Assembly (NCBI GenBank): GCA_016192995.1
Contig: JACPTB010000005.1
Location: forward strand, 133,503-197,502
DNA: 64,000 bases
From: Candidatus Woesearchaeota archaeon
GTDB lineage: Archaea > Nanobdellota > Nanobdellia > Woesearchaeales > DSVV01
Reading direction: 5' to 3'
Positions 9,495-19,527 of the stretch are shown here, in pieces (position 1 is the stretch's first letter; every line of letters begins with the position of its first letter). Made by a program: the position numbers and the translations under genes. The notes below the pieces were generated by a model. That model made no database searches and was not told where the DNA came from. It saw only the letters and a program-made list of their open reading frames with translations.

Positions 9495-9501
9495 TTTCTA
9501 T

Positions 9502-10590
9502 TTATTTTTTTATGAGCAGCTTTTTACTAAACTTATCAAAATCTGATTCTATCTTTTGTGTTTTATTAAATGATTCGTATTCCTTCAATGCTTTTTTCTC
9601 AGCTTGTTTAAAAGAGATTTTGCCTTTATCTTCAAGAATCCTAAATTCATTAAATTCTAAAAATTTGTTTACACTTTTTGTTAAATCATTCATCTTCATT
9701 TCTACTTTATTTTCAATAATTCTTTCAATATAATCAAAGAAACTTGAGATGGTTCTTTCAAGTTGTTTAATCTCTTTTTCAGATAAGTAATTTTTAGCAA
9801 TAACAACATCAGATCTCAATATTCTCCCTTTAGGTGCTAATTTCCAAGTTGTTAAACCCATGTTTTTCTTTTTGACATCTGCAGTTTCATAGATAATTTC
9901 AGCTGCAGTTTGTCCAGAGATTGCAAAGTGGAATTTATTTTGAACAGTTGCATAAAATTCCCGAGTAATTTCTGATTGTGGATCATAATCAATACTGCAT
10001 TCAGCAAAAATATCTGTAATCTTTTGATAAATTCTTCGTTCACTTGCTCTAATCGAACGAACTCTCTCCAGTAATTCATCAAAATAATCCTTGCCAAAAT
10101 ATTTGCCATTTTTTAATCTTGTATCATCCATAGCAAATCCTTTTATAATATATTCTTTAAGAACATGTGTTGCCCAAATTCTGAAATGCGTTGCCTGTTT
10201 AGAATTTACCCTATATCCTACTGCAATTATTGCATCTAAGTTGTAGAATATCTGTTCTCTTTCAATATCCCTATTTCCTTCTTTTTGAACTATTCGAAAA
10301 TTTCGAATAGTTGGAGTTTCATCTAATTCTTTAGAACTAAATATCTCTTTTAAGTGATAATTAATCGTGTTTGCTTCTACACCAAAAAGTTCAGCCATTC
10401 TCTTTTGTGTAAGCCATATCGTTTCATTATATAAAAATGCCTCTACTTTGACATTACCTTCAGGAGTAGTATAAATTAAAAAATCTGTACTTTTATCTCC
10501 TTGCATCAAATCTTTACTCATAAGTAAACACCATTGGGATTGTAGATAATAATGGTTTATAAGTTCTATCTTCTTTAAATAGTTTATCAT
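9502..10590 (-). CDS. RhuM-family (virulence-associated, Fic/DOC-related) protein
   Basis: N-terminal ...NVKVEAFLYNETIWLTQKRMAELFGVEANTINYHLKEIF matches the RhuM signature. Confidence 0.6.
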   Translation of the reverse strand: MINYLKKIELINHYYLQSQWCLLMSKDLMQGDKSTDFLIYTTPEGNVKVEAFLYNETIWLTQKRMAELFGVEANTINYHLKEIFSSKELDETPTIRNFRIVQKEGNRDIEREQIFYNLDAIIAVGYRVNSKQATHFRIWATHVLKEYIIKGFAMDDTRLKNGKYFGKDYFDELLERVRSIRASERRIYQKITDIFAECSIDYDPQSEITREFYATVQNKFHFAISGQTAAEIIYETADVKKKNMGLTTWKLAPKGRILRSDVVIAKNYLSEKEIKQLERTISSFFDYIERIIENKVEMKMNDLTKSVNKFLEFNEFRILEDKGKISFKQAEKKALKEYESFNKTQKIESDFDKFSKKLLIKK

Positions 10591-10669
10591 TCTCCCTTAA
10601 GGGAGGAAGAATATTAATATACTGATCTCATGTTCTATAGCTGGTGTTAAGGGGGAATAAGGGATTATT

Positions 10670-11005
10670 ATGGCAGAATATAATGAAGCACAAGTATGGT
10701 CAGCAATTCATGGCGAGAATCACCCGGCTTTAGTCGGAGATGAAAAAACTATTGCTGGTTATATGCCTTTGGTGGAAAGATTATTTCCAGGCATAAATTA
10801 TTTTTCTATAACGGGATTTAACCAAGTTATGAGAGATTATGTTCAACCTGCTTTATCAAAGAAATTTCCAGATTTAGTAAAAAAATCTGCTCAAGAAGTC
10901 AGTAGGGATAGGATTGTTGGCGTAGAAGCACTTTTGCCTTCAAAAGGATATGAACATTTAGACAATCCGCAATGGAAGGAAAGACTTGATGAACTTCTTC
11001 GATAA
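10670..11005 (+). CDS. hypothetical protein (possible degenerate N-terminal remnant of a PEP-synthase/Rph-like gene)
   Basis: 111 aa; GC-richer than surroundings; weak ALVG...F.ITG resemblance to Rph N-terminus; directly upstream of the truncated paralogue at 11248. Confidence 0.25.
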   Translation: MAEYNEAQVWSAIHGENHPALVGDEKTIAGYMPLVERLFPGINYFSITGFNQVMRDYVQPALSKKFPDLVKKSAQEVSRDRIVGVEALLPSKGYEHLDNPQWKERLDELLR

Positions 11006-11247
11006 ATCCAAAAACGAAGTTTTTGCTATCTGTTTTTCTGAAAGAAAAACCTGCGCGCGTCTCTCCTATTGGGTGGGAGAAAAAAATATTATTTCCTATT
11101 TCTTTGTTTGAACTCTAACTTGTAGGCATTCTCAAAAATTGAAACTATCAACAATTAATAAAGCTGTCTTTAATTTATTTTGGAGCTTCTACTCCTCAAG
11201 CAACATTTATTTTAGAGCAAGAAATCAAAAAAACCATAAAAAATAAA

Positions 11248-12255
11248 TTGCAACATGATGCTAAAGTTGAAGAATACTTCATTCTCCTTTCAACTCCCCC
11301 AGAAATGGATGAAACAATGAAAGAAAGAATTGAGTTCTCACATCTGATGAAACAGGAATGTGTAAGCAATAAAGAACTGGAAAATCATAGTCGAAAATAT
11401 CCTGCTTTATTTTTCAATACTTATTCAAAACAAGAAGTTTTTAACTTTCTGCAAAATAAACTTAGCCAATCTAAAACAAATGAAGAAATAGATCAGGAAA
11501 TAACAAAAATAGAACAAGGCTTGCAAAAAACAAAAAACCTGCATGAACAAATTTATGCTGAACTCCAAAATGCAGATTTGCACTATTACGCAAAAATACT
11601 TCAAAACAATGGTTTATACCGTTATAAGCTAAAGCACGTCTGGAGTGGTGCAGAGTACTTATGTTTGGATTTTATTTTAGAACTATGCAAACGAATTGGA
11701 ATTCATTTTGATGATTTTATTAAAACTTACATGTTTTCCGATATTCATGATTTTCTTTTAGGAAAAAGTGAATTGTCAAAAGCTGAAATAGAATCAAGGA
11801 AAAAATGTTTTGTTATTCACCATAAAAATCAGGCAACAAATATTTATTCTGGCGATGAAGCTATTGCTTATAAAAATAAGTTTATTATTTCAGAAGAAAA
11901 CTATAAGCAGCTATCAAACATAATTAAAGGAATGACTGCAAATAAAGGTAAAATTACCGCTAAAGCACGAGTAGTTCATGTTAAAGATTTGCAGCAATTT
12001 GCTTTAGATTGCCAGCAATTTCAAAAAGGTGAAATTCTGGTAACAACAATGACCTCTCCACTTATGGTACCTATCATTGAAAAAGCATCTGGCATTATTA
12101 CTGATGAAGGAGGCATATGTTCTCATGCAGCAATCATTTCAAGGGAGTTTGGCATTCCGTGCATTGTAGGAACAAATGGAGCATCGTTTAGCATTAAGAC
12201 TGGTGATGTTATTGAGTTGGATGGTGATAATAGTGTTATTAAAAAAATCTTGTAA
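11248..12255 (+). CDS. truncated PEP-utilising-enzyme (phosphohistidine swivel) domain protein, Rph/PEP-synthase-like
   Basis: C-terminal SGIITDEGGICSHAAIISREFGIPCIVGT...GDVIELDGDNSVIKKIL; the ORF is open upstream to 11143 with no ATG, so the start is uncertain; paralogue of 32834/34357/36141. Confidence 0.6.
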   Translation: MQHDAKVEEYFILLSTPPEMDETMKERIEFSHLMKQECVSNKELENHSRKYPALFFNTYSKQEVFNFLQNKLSQSKTNEEIDQEITKIEQGLQKTKNLHEQIYAELQNADLHYYAKILQNNGLYRYKLKHVWSGAEYLCLDFILELCKRIGIHFDDFIKTYMFSDIHDFLLGKSELSKAEIESRKKCFVIHHKNQATNIYSGDEAIAYKNKFIISEENYKQLSNIIKGMTANKGKITAKARVVHVKDLQQFALDCQQFQKGEILVTTMTSPLMVPIIEKASGIITDEGGICSHAAIISREFGIPCIVGTNGASFSIKTGDVIELDGDNSVIKKIL

Positions 12256-12282
12256 ATCATCTTAAAAACACTTAAAATTACC

Positions 12283-12436
12283 GTACGTAATAAGTCCTCC
12301 TTAGGTTTTAGCGCCGGTTCAGCTTTTGAAGTGTTCTTCAATTGGATTTTTCTCTCTGGAACTCCGAAAAATCCCCAATAAAGATATTGAGGAGCTTCAC
12401 AAAAGCAGGTGCTAAAACCCCAGACTTATTACGTAC
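12283..12436. mobile_element. family-A MITE-like repeat (A2), 8-bp TSD AAATTACC
   Basis: GTACGTAATAAGTCC...GACTTATTACGTAC with identical AAATTACC on both flanks. Confidence 0.8.
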
Positions 12437-12481
12437 AAATTACCGCAAACTATATAAACAAGTTATACTTGATGTTTAAAC

Positions 12482-12682
12482 ATGGTAGAGCTTGAACTTA
12501 AAGAATGGGGAAATTCAATTGGCGTTATTTTGCCTGCTGAAAAATTGAAAGAATTACATTTATACAAAGGAGATAAAGTAGAGATAACTATTATTCCTAA
12601 AAGAAGAGTAAATGGTTTTGGTATTTGGAAGGGTGCAAAATCATTCCAAAGAGAACATGATGATCATGAGGATTTTTGCTGA
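12482..12682 (+). CDS. AbrB/MazE-type antitoxin
   Basis: 66 aa; swapped-hairpin motif KEWGNSIGVILPAEKLKEL..GDKVEI; 7-nt overlap with the PIN gene. Confidence 0.6.
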   Translation: MVELELKEWGNSIGVILPAEKLKELHLYKGDKVEITIIPKRRVNGFGIWKGAKSFQREHDDHEDFC

Positions 12683-13068
12683 TGAGATATGTGGTTGATA
12701 CCTATGCATGGATTGAATATTTTAACGGTTCTTCTAAAGGAAAAATATTCGAAAAAATATTGTTAACTTCAGAAAATGAGTTATTAACGATTCAATGTTC
12801 ATTAGCAGAAATAATAAATTGGGCTTTACGTGAAGAAACTTCTTTTGAAGAAGCTTATAAAGTTATTAGGGCAAATTCAACTATAATTACTCTTAGTGAT
12901 TTTGATTGGATTGATGCTGGTAAAGAGCGCTTTCAACAGAGAAAAACTCAAAAAGATTTTGGTTTAATTGATGCTGTGCTGTTAGTAAAGCAAAAGCAAT
13001 ATAATGCTAAGCTTATTTCAGGCGATAAACATTTTAAAAATTTAAAGAATGTGATTTTTCTTGCATAG
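12676..13068 (+). CDS. vapC: PIN-domain toxin (VapC-like)
   Basis: 130 aa; N-terminal YVVDTYAWIEY, conserved Asp positions. Confidence 0.6.
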   Translation: MLMRYVVDTYAWIEYFNGSSKGKIFEKILLTSENELLTIQCSLAEIINWALREETSFEEAYKVIRANSTIITLSDFDWIDAGKERFQQRKTQKDFGLIDAVLLVKQKQYNAKLISGDKHFKNLKNVIFLA

Positions 13069-13082
13069 CTTAATTTAGATCA

Positions 13083-13388
13083 TTAAAATCTATATAACTT
13101 CCTTTCAAAATCAATAACTTTTCCTTTTTCAAATAAAATTCCTTCCCCTCTTAGCATCTTTATTTTCTTAGAAGAATTCATCTTTCCGCAATAACCGCCT
13201 AAACTGCCATTAGAACAAACAACTCGGTGGCAGGGAACATTTGGTGCATAAGGATTTCTTTTTAATGCATTACCTACAGCTCTATATACCTGCCCTTTTC
13301 CAAGTTTTCTACCTATCTCTTTATAGGTTGTCACTTTCCCTTTTGGAATTTTCTTGCATAATTCCCAGACTTGTTGATTGAATGACAT
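13083..13388 (-). CDS. ogt: methylated-DNA-protein-cysteine methyltransferase (MGMT/Ogt, DNA-binding catalytic domain only)
   Basis: 101 aa; active-site PCHRVV and TTYKEIGRKLG helix. Confidence 0.7.
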   Translation of the reverse strand: MSFNQQVWELCKKIPKGKVTTYKEIGRKLGKGQVYRAVGNALKRNPYAPNVPCHRVVCSNGSLGGYCGKMNSSKKIKMLRGEGILFEKGKVIDFERKLYRF

Positions 13389-13654
13389 TTTAATGTGATT
13401 AATTAAAAACTATAATCCTTTAAAAATATTTCTTAGTTCAGTATGTGAGGCTCCCCATTTTGCAGGTCTAAAATTTCTTAATTTGTCTAAAAACCTCTTT
13501 TGTAATGCAATTTTATCCATTCATTCATAGTAGTTTCACTCATTAATAAACCTATTGACATTTTTTTCGGAACTTTTTATGTTATCGTCGAAAAGTTTAC
13601 GGAATTAAGTTTAATAATTAAACAGTACTGTTTAAAAAGAAAACATTTAAATAT

Positions 13655-14011
13655 TTGTTTGATTATACGCTTTGTATGGGCGAAACAAATTTCACTTATT
13701 TTTTAGGAAATACCCCTATGGTCAGAATTTTGGATATGCTTTTAATAGGTAAACATCTAGACTACAGCATTTCAGATATTGCAGAACAAGCTGAAGTAAG
13801 TAGAGCTACTTTCTACAAAATGTTAGAAAGACTTCTTAAAGAACAGATTATTATTCCTACTAAAAAATATGGCAACATGCAATTATATCGTATTAATTTA
13901 GATAATCCTTACATTAAAGAATTAGCAAAACTTCAGGATAAATGGGCAAAATTAGGCAGTGAAGAATTGTTAACTAAACAGCAAAAGATTAAATTATCTA
14001 CAGTGATATAA
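13655..14011 (+). CDS. winged-helix transcriptional regulator
   Basis: wHTH ISDIAEQAEVSRATFYKMLERLLKEQII. Confidence 0.45.
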   Translation: MFDYTLCMGETNFTYFLGNTPMVRILDMLLIGKHLDYSISDIAEQAEVSRATFYKMLERLLKEQIIIPTKKYGNMQLYRINLDNPYIKELAKLQDKWAKLGSEELLTKQQKIKLSTVI

Positions 14012-14144
14012 TGCTATTTACCTCTTATATGGCCAACTTCAAAACATCTTTTTCTCCCAGAAATTCCAAACATCTTCTTTCATAACAACAAATTCATAAT
14101 TTCTTAGGCAATTTGCAAATTCTAATCTGATTTCATTAATAATT

Positions 14145-14483
14145 TTATACATATATCACTAATTTATTCTTTCCTTCAGGAAGCATCTCAACTTCTTTTC
14201 CTTTTTCTAATTCTAAAAACTCAATAATCTTTTTAGGGAGACGTATGTCAAGCGTTGTCCCAGCTTCACCAATTTTAGTTTTTGCTTTCAAATCCCATAA
14301 TCCTTTCTTTTTAGCAAGTGCTGTCATTTTCTTTGATTCTTCTTCATCATAAAATATTTCTCCACAAGCACTGCAAACTTGTGCATTAAATTTACCTAAA
14401 CTTACTCCGTAGAGTGTATAAGCTACTTTTTTATCATGTAAATTTCCCTTTTCACAAATATAGCATTTTTCGATAGCAATCAC
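14145..14483 (-). CDS. zinc-ribbon plus AbrB-like domain protein (putative regulator/antitoxin)
   Basis: CYICEKG...CSACGE zinc finger followed by LDIRLPKKIIEFLELEKGKEVEM swapped-hairpin-like segment. Confidence 0.35.
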   Translation of the reverse strand: MIAIEKCYICEKGNLHDKKVAYTLYGVSLGKFNAQVCSACGEIFYDEEESKKMTALAKKKGLWDLKAKTKIGEAGTTLDIRLPKKIIEFLELEKGKEVEMLPEGKNKLVIYV

Positions 14484-14519
14484 CTATTCAATCATAACAG
14501 TTTTGATAATATGTTAATT

Positions 14520-15689
14520 TTATGATCCACGATATACCCTCTCAGCTAAAACAGCAGCGCCGAGCAGATTTGGATTTATTCCCCTGTTTACAAGGTTTGA
14601 AGGACGAACATAATTAAAATGTCCCATCTCTGTTAATCTTCTTTTAAGAGTTGGTCCATAAAATGGAAGTGAAGCTAATACTCCTCCTGCTAAATAAATA
14701 GGGATGTTATCTTCAGCGCCATCAGCGTGAGCAGCAGTAAGTATTGCATGGGCAGCATCGGCAAAAATCTCTCCAAACAGAGCAAATGTCTTTAATGCTA
14801 TTGAATCATGGGAACATGCTAAATTATAGATAACCCTTCCATCAATAACAATTCCATCTAAAGATAGTTCTAATTTTTGTTTTTCTCTTTTGAGATCTGG
14901 TTTTGCTCTAAAATCTTTAGAACTATAATATATCAGGGGCAATCCAGTGCCAGACACAAGTAATTCTGTTCGTAGAGTTTTTTCATCTTTTGAAGGGCCT
15001 CGTATTTCTTTACCTAATTCAGCAAGTTTTGCTTCTAGTTCATCAAAATCAAAGTTATGCTGTGTAAATCTTTTACGTAATTCATTTTTATAAAGTGGAA
15101 CTGCATAGCCAGGCTCATTGGTAAAATGTAAGCTTTCATCTTTTTTATCCCAATCTATTGTTGGATACATTACTTCTCCATTCTGGTTTAACCATGCACC
15201 ACCAAATCCTCCGCCTAAAACCCAATATAATAGTTCTGTTTGAGCGATAATCCATTCAGCTAGTCCACCACAATCAGCGTCATTCATGATACCACATGGA
15301 ACACAAACTCTTTCTTGAACTACTTCTTTAAGATTCTGTCCATTCATGTAATCCGAATTTGCAGCTATGATGTATGATCCATCTTTTGCTAATATGCCAT
15401 TTGTTGCAATTCCAATAGAAGCAATAGTTCTCCTTTTAGAAAGTGCTTTAATCTTACTAGCTAAGTTATCAGACAATGATTCAAAAGAAGGTTCAAATTC
15501 TTGCTTAATCAGTTCTTGATAATCTATTATTTTTTTTGCATGATCAAATAAAGCTAATTTTGCTCCTGATCCAGCACCCAAGTCAATTGCTACGAAGTAT
15601 TTGTTTTTTCCCCCCATTACATGATGGAAAGTTTTGTTTTTTTTAAAGTTTATCTTTTGAAACAACCGAGATTCCATCCATTGTTTCAA
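14520..15689 (-). CDS. ASKHA-superfamily sugar kinase-like ATPase (ROK/BadF/GlcNAc-kinase-like)
   Basis: N-terminal phosphate-1 motif FVAIDLGAGSGAKLALFD; about 390 aa; adjacent to sugar-modifying genes. Confidence 0.45.
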   Translation of the reverse strand: MKQWMESRLFQKINFKKNKTFHHVMGGKNKYFVAIDLGAGSGAKLALFDHAKKIIDYQELIKQEFEPSFESLSDNLASKIKALSKRRTIASIGIATNGILAKDGSYIIAANSDYMNGQNLKEVVQERVCVPCGIMNDADCGGLAEWIIAQTELLYWVLGGGFGGAWLNQNGEVMYPTIDWDKKDESLHFTNEPGYAVPLYKNELRKRFTQHNFDFDELEAKLAELGKEIRGPSKDEKTLRTELLVSGTGLPLIYYSSKDFRAKPDLKREKQKLELSLDGIVIDGRVIYNLACSHDSIALKTFALFGEIFADAAHAILTAAHADGAEDNIPIYLAGGVLASLPFYGPTLKRRLTEMGHFNYVRPSNLVNRGINPNLLGAAVLAERVYRGS

Positions 15690-15790
15690 TGGTGGATAGG
15701 ATATCGAGCGTTGTGTTCAAGAACCACACAATGGAAGTCCGTCGGAACTTCGTTCATGCCATCTGGTCTTTGACTGGTGATTCTTGACAT

Positions 15791-17110
15791 TCAACGTTTT
15801 AGAAATTGATGCATATATTGTTTCATATCAACTCTTTGACCATTATTTTTGCGTGAGAATTCAGCAGCAAAGGCAAGCATATGGCTTTGCAATGACATTT
15901 CAGCTGTTGTTAGATTTGCATTTGGATTATTATTTCTGACTGCATCTGCAAAAGCCTTTACCAATACTCCATCTGCTCCGCCATGATCTTCCTTAGAACC
16001 ACCCTCCCAGGTAGTTATTTTGTCATACTCTGATCTGTCGTAGTTACCTTTATCTATACTTCCTCCACCGAATTTTGTTACCTCAAAACGTCCCCTGTTG
16101 ACATATCCGTATATTCTTCCCTTGGAGAAAAAAAGTTGAATTTCTCTTGAATGTTGATCCGTGTGGGCAGCTAAATAAAATTGTGCAGTTGCTCCGGAAT
16201 CAAATTGTAACATAACTGTTTGAGAGTCGCATACATCATTATCCATAGTATAAACACATCTTCCATATGGCCCTTCTCGTAAAGCTTTTTGTCTTCCTTC
16301 TATGCTTTTATCAGTGGAAATAACAGAAGGAGGCCAAATGACCTTTGACGAATCTTGCTCCGTTAAATAAAATGCCTTAGCATCATAGGGACAATCAACT
16401 TTACAATCAAGACAGTTTTCCGCTGCTCCTTCTGGCCTATTCTCTGCTTTAAAGTGATGCAGTGCTCCATATGAACTCAGAGATGAAACTTTTCCACCAA
16501 TCAGCCAGCAGAGCATGTCCAAATCATGGCAGCTTTTTGTCAAGATAACAGGTCCACTTGTTTCCTCTTTGTGCCAGTTGCCTCTGACATAACTATGGGC
16601 AAAATGCCAGTATCCAACATGTTCAGTAAGATTAATATGAAGTAGCTTTCCAAGATCACCTCTATCAATGATCTTCTTTATCTCTTTAAAAAATGGTGCA
16701 TATCTTAAGACATGAGCAACAGATAATACTTTTCCTGCTTTCTTTTGTTCATCAACAATAGCACTACAGTCTTGTGGATTATTTGCTATTGGTTTTTCCA
16801 GTAATATATTATAACCTTTCCGTAATAAGCTTATTGTGGTATCATGATGAAATCTATCAGGAGTTGCGTTTATCGCGTTATCGCAGAATCTTGTTGAGTC
16901 TAAAAAATCATCTAAGGTTTTGAATAATCGTTCTGGTGGAATATTGTGTCTCTGTCCCATCTCTTCCAGTTTTGCAGTTTCAGGGTCAACAACACCAACC
17001 ACTTTAATAGGGGATCCTTCTTCACTTGCATAAGCACCATAAGTATCTTTACCTCGGTCTCCTGCACCTATTATAACTACTTCTAACCTATCATTCTTAT
17101 CGTTAGTCAT
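15791..17110 (-). CDS. Gfo/Idh/MocA-family NAD(P)-dependent oxidoreductase
   Basis: Rossmann N-terminus LEVVIIGAGDRGKD...VVGVVDP and conserved EKP motif. Confidence 0.7.
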   Translation of the reverse strand: MTNDKNDRLEVVIIGAGDRGKDTYGAYASEEGSPIKVVGVVDPETAKLEEMGQRHNIPPERLFKTLDDFLDSTRFCDNAINATPDRFHHDTTISLLRKGYNILLEKPIANNPQDCSAIVDEQKKAGKVLSVAHVLRYAPFFKEIKKIIDRGDLGKLLHINLTEHVGYWHFAHSYVRGNWHKEETSGPVILTKSCHDLDMLCWLIGGKVSSLSSYGALHHFKAENRPEGAAENCLDCKVDCPYDAKAFYLTEQDSSKVIWPPSVISTDKSIEGRQKALREGPYGRCVYTMDNDVCDSQTVMLQFDSGATAQFYLAAHTDQHSREIQLFFSKGRIYGYVNRGRFEVTKFGGGSIDKGNYDRSEYDKITTWEGGSKEDHGGADGVLVKAFADAVRNNNPNANLTTAEMSLQSHMLAFAAEFSRKNNGQRVDMKQYMHQFLKR

Positions 17111-17199
17111 GTAGAATAAAAGAATAGAATGTGGTTTATATGTTTTATTATTTAGTAAAAGACAATTAACTTTTTAACTTAATAACTATTCCACTTATC

Positions 17200-18102
17200 A
17201 TGATATTACTTCAAAGAATTAATGATCAATATGAACAAACAGAAACTGCTTGTTTAGATGATTTAGTACTACCCCCTTTAGATCTTCTTGTTACTGGTGC
17301 ACATCAGGATGATGAAGCATTTACCTTTTTTTATCAATTAGAGGGAATTAGGAAAGGTAAAAAAGTTGGTACTGTTATCGCCACAGATGGTGTAGGAATG
17401 AATGTTACTGATAGTGAAGTATCAATGACAAAAGATGAGATCAGAGCAATGAGAAATTCTGAATCAATTAAAGCAGCAAAAGAAGTTGGCATTGATTTTC
17501 TCCTGCTTTTAAATTGCCCAAGTTCTTATCTTAAAAATACAACAACATTTCATGAATTTAAGCGTGCTATGGAAATAGTTTTTAATAAAGTGCAACCAAC
17601 AGAGATTCTCACACATTCTCCTTATGATGATCATTCTACACATCTTTTAGTTGCTGAAGCAGTTGTTACTGCAGCAAAGGCAACAGCATATAAAAATGTA
17701 CGAGGATATCCTGTATGGGGTAGTTTACTTGGTAGAGAATTAGGATTTGAACCGCAAGAGCCATTATACATAACACCAAAGCTTATGCAAAGACAGGTTG
17801 CCATTTTCAGAGCTTGTTATCCATCACAAAACCTAGCAAATGACTATCCAACAGCATTAAAAGCGCGAGGCACTTTCCAAAGGATTATGCTTAATGCACA
17901 TGAAGCAGCGCGAACACGAGGTTATATTGAATTTTTTGTTGATTATACACCTATTACATCAGGTATATTTAAAGCTGATTTTAAACTTTATGCTGCTCTT
18001 CTTGAACGATTATATTGGGTAGATAAACTCAGAGAACAAGAAGGAAAGCATAGATTAACTCGTGAAGAAAAAATTGCTTTGGCAAACTCTTTTTCTCTAT
18101 AA
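17200..18102 (+). CDS. PIG-L/LmbE-family N-acetylglucosaminyl deacetylase
   Basis: LLVTGAHQDDEAF (AHPDDE-type metal site). Confidence 0.6.
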   Translation: MILLQRINDQYEQTETACLDDLVLPPLDLLVTGAHQDDEAFTFFYQLEGIRKGKKVGTVIATDGVGMNVTDSEVSMTKDEIRAMRNSESIKAAKEVGIDFLLLLNCPSSYLKNTTTFHEFKRAMEIVFNKVQPTEILTHSPYDDHSTHLLVAEAVVTAAKATAYKNVRGYPVWGSLLGRELGFEPQEPLYITPKLMQRQVAIFRACYPSQNLANDYPTALKARGTFQRIMLNAHEAARTRGYIEFFVDYTPITSGIFKADFKLYAALLERLYWVDKLREQEGKHRLTREEKIALANSFSL

Positions 18103-18206
18103 AAAACAATATATCGCTCGGTTAGTTCTCCTCAATAATTTAGAAATGTCTAACAAGTTATAAAAAGATAACTTTTATAAATAAGTATAACCTATCTTAC
18201 TTGTAG

Positions 18207-18458
18207 GTGAAAATCATGGACGTTTGTCTTAAAAATGTAGATGAAGAAGCTTGGCGTAAATTCAAAGCTCATGCTGCAGAAAACGGCATGAAATTAGGTG
18301 ATTATTTTAAAGAAGTTGTGAATAAAGATACCAAGCCTTTGAAAAGTAATTGGCATCAAATCCTTTATGGACCAAAACCCTTAAAAGGACTTTTTACAAG
18401 CGAAGACTATAAAAAAATTAAAAAAGAAGTACGTGAAGGATTTAAATTAAGGTATTAA
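18207..18458 (+). CDS. RHH-like antitoxin (VapB-like)
   Basis: 83 aa; paralogue of 27910..28152; immediately followed by a PIN gene. Confidence 0.5.
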   Translation: MKIMDVCLKNVDEEAWRKFKAHAAENGMKLGDYFKEVVNKDTKPLKSNWHQILYGPKPLKGLFTSEDYKKIKKEVREGFKLRY

Positions 18459-18459
18459 T

Positions 18460-18858
18460 ATGAGTCTTATTCTTGATACTAGTATTCTCATTGAACTTGA
18501 GTGCGGGAATCAGAAAATTATTAATCATGTAGCTGCCTTGAAAAAAAATGATAACGACCGATTTTTTATTACTATCTTCACCTATGCAGAATATTATTTT
18601 GGAGTTATGAAACGGAATTATAAACATAGAGCTGAGTGTCTTAATAAATTAGATCAGTATCTTCTGCTAAACACAAGTAAGATGACCGGTATACTTTTTT
18701 GTAAAATTATGTATGATCTTCAAGAAAAAGGAAAGCCTATCCCTCCATTCGATGTTATGATAGCTGCGTTAGCCATAGAATCAGATATGGAATTAGTAAC
18801 CTTAGATAAAGATTTTCAGCAAATAACAAATCTTAAAAAAGTGATTTTAACAGTATAA
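18460..18858 (+). CDS. vapC: PIN-domain toxin (VapC-like)
   Basis: MSLILDTSILIELE N-terminus; paralogue of 28149..28544 (MTLILDTSILIDLE). Confidence 0.65.
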   Translation: MSLILDTSILIELECGNQKIINHVAALKKNDNDRFFITIFTYAEYYFGVMKRNYKHRAECLNKLDQYLLLNTSKMTGILFCKIMYDLQEKGKPIPPFDVMIAALAIESDMELVTLDKDFQQITNLKKVILTV

Positions 18859-18906
18859 TGATGGCATAAACGCTTCTTTTTCTATTTTCTTAAATAAGAA
18901 ATAATT

Positions 18907-19506
18907 TTATTTCCCCATAAATTCTCCTTCAAATATGATCTCATTCAAGGGTTTTCTGTCGGATGGTATTTCCCGTTCCTGTATCTCTTTAGGTAAATCT
19001 TCTTTTTTGCCTGGCTTGCCAACAGCAAACATCATTTCTACGTTGTAATCATCAGATAAATCAAACACTTTTTTTGCTTTATCATAATCAAATCCCTGCA
19101 TACCATGGACTACTAAATTCATTAGGCTGCCTTCTAAGGCCAGATTCTCCCACGCAGCGCCAGTATCAAATGAATGAGTAATCGAAGGTTGTCCGTTATG
19201 CTCAAATGTTTTCCTTGAAATAACAACAACTAACACTGCAGCGTTCTTGCACCATTGTTGGTTAAACTCAACAAGTAAATCAAAAAATTTCTGCCAGTAA
19301 TGAGTTCCTTTTTGAGCATAGACAAATCTCCATGGCTGATTATTATATGAGCTTGGCGCCCATCTTGCAGCTTCGAATAATCTCATTAATTCTGCATCAG
19401 TAATATGTTCCCCATTCATAGCTCGCGGTGACCATCTGTTGAGAAATAAAGGATCAACGTGATGCTCTTGTTTACGATGCTGTTTAACTTCAGATTTTAA
19501 TTCCAT
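18907..19506 (-). CDS. nitroreductase-family protein
   Basis: LNRWSPRAM...AARWAPSSYNNQPWRFV. Confidence 0.75.
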   Translation of the reverse strand: MELKSEVKQHRKQEHHVDPLFLNRWSPRAMNGEHITDAELMRLFEAARWAPSSYNNQPWRFVYAQKGTHYWQKFFDLLVEFNQQWCKNAAVLVVVISRKTFEHNGQPSITHSFDTGAAWENLALEGSLMNLVVHGMQGFDYDKAKKVFDLSDDYNVEMMFAVGKPGKKEDLPKEIQEREIPSDRKPLNEIIFEGEFMGK

Positions 19507-19527
19507 AACTATTCACCTAGTTTATTT

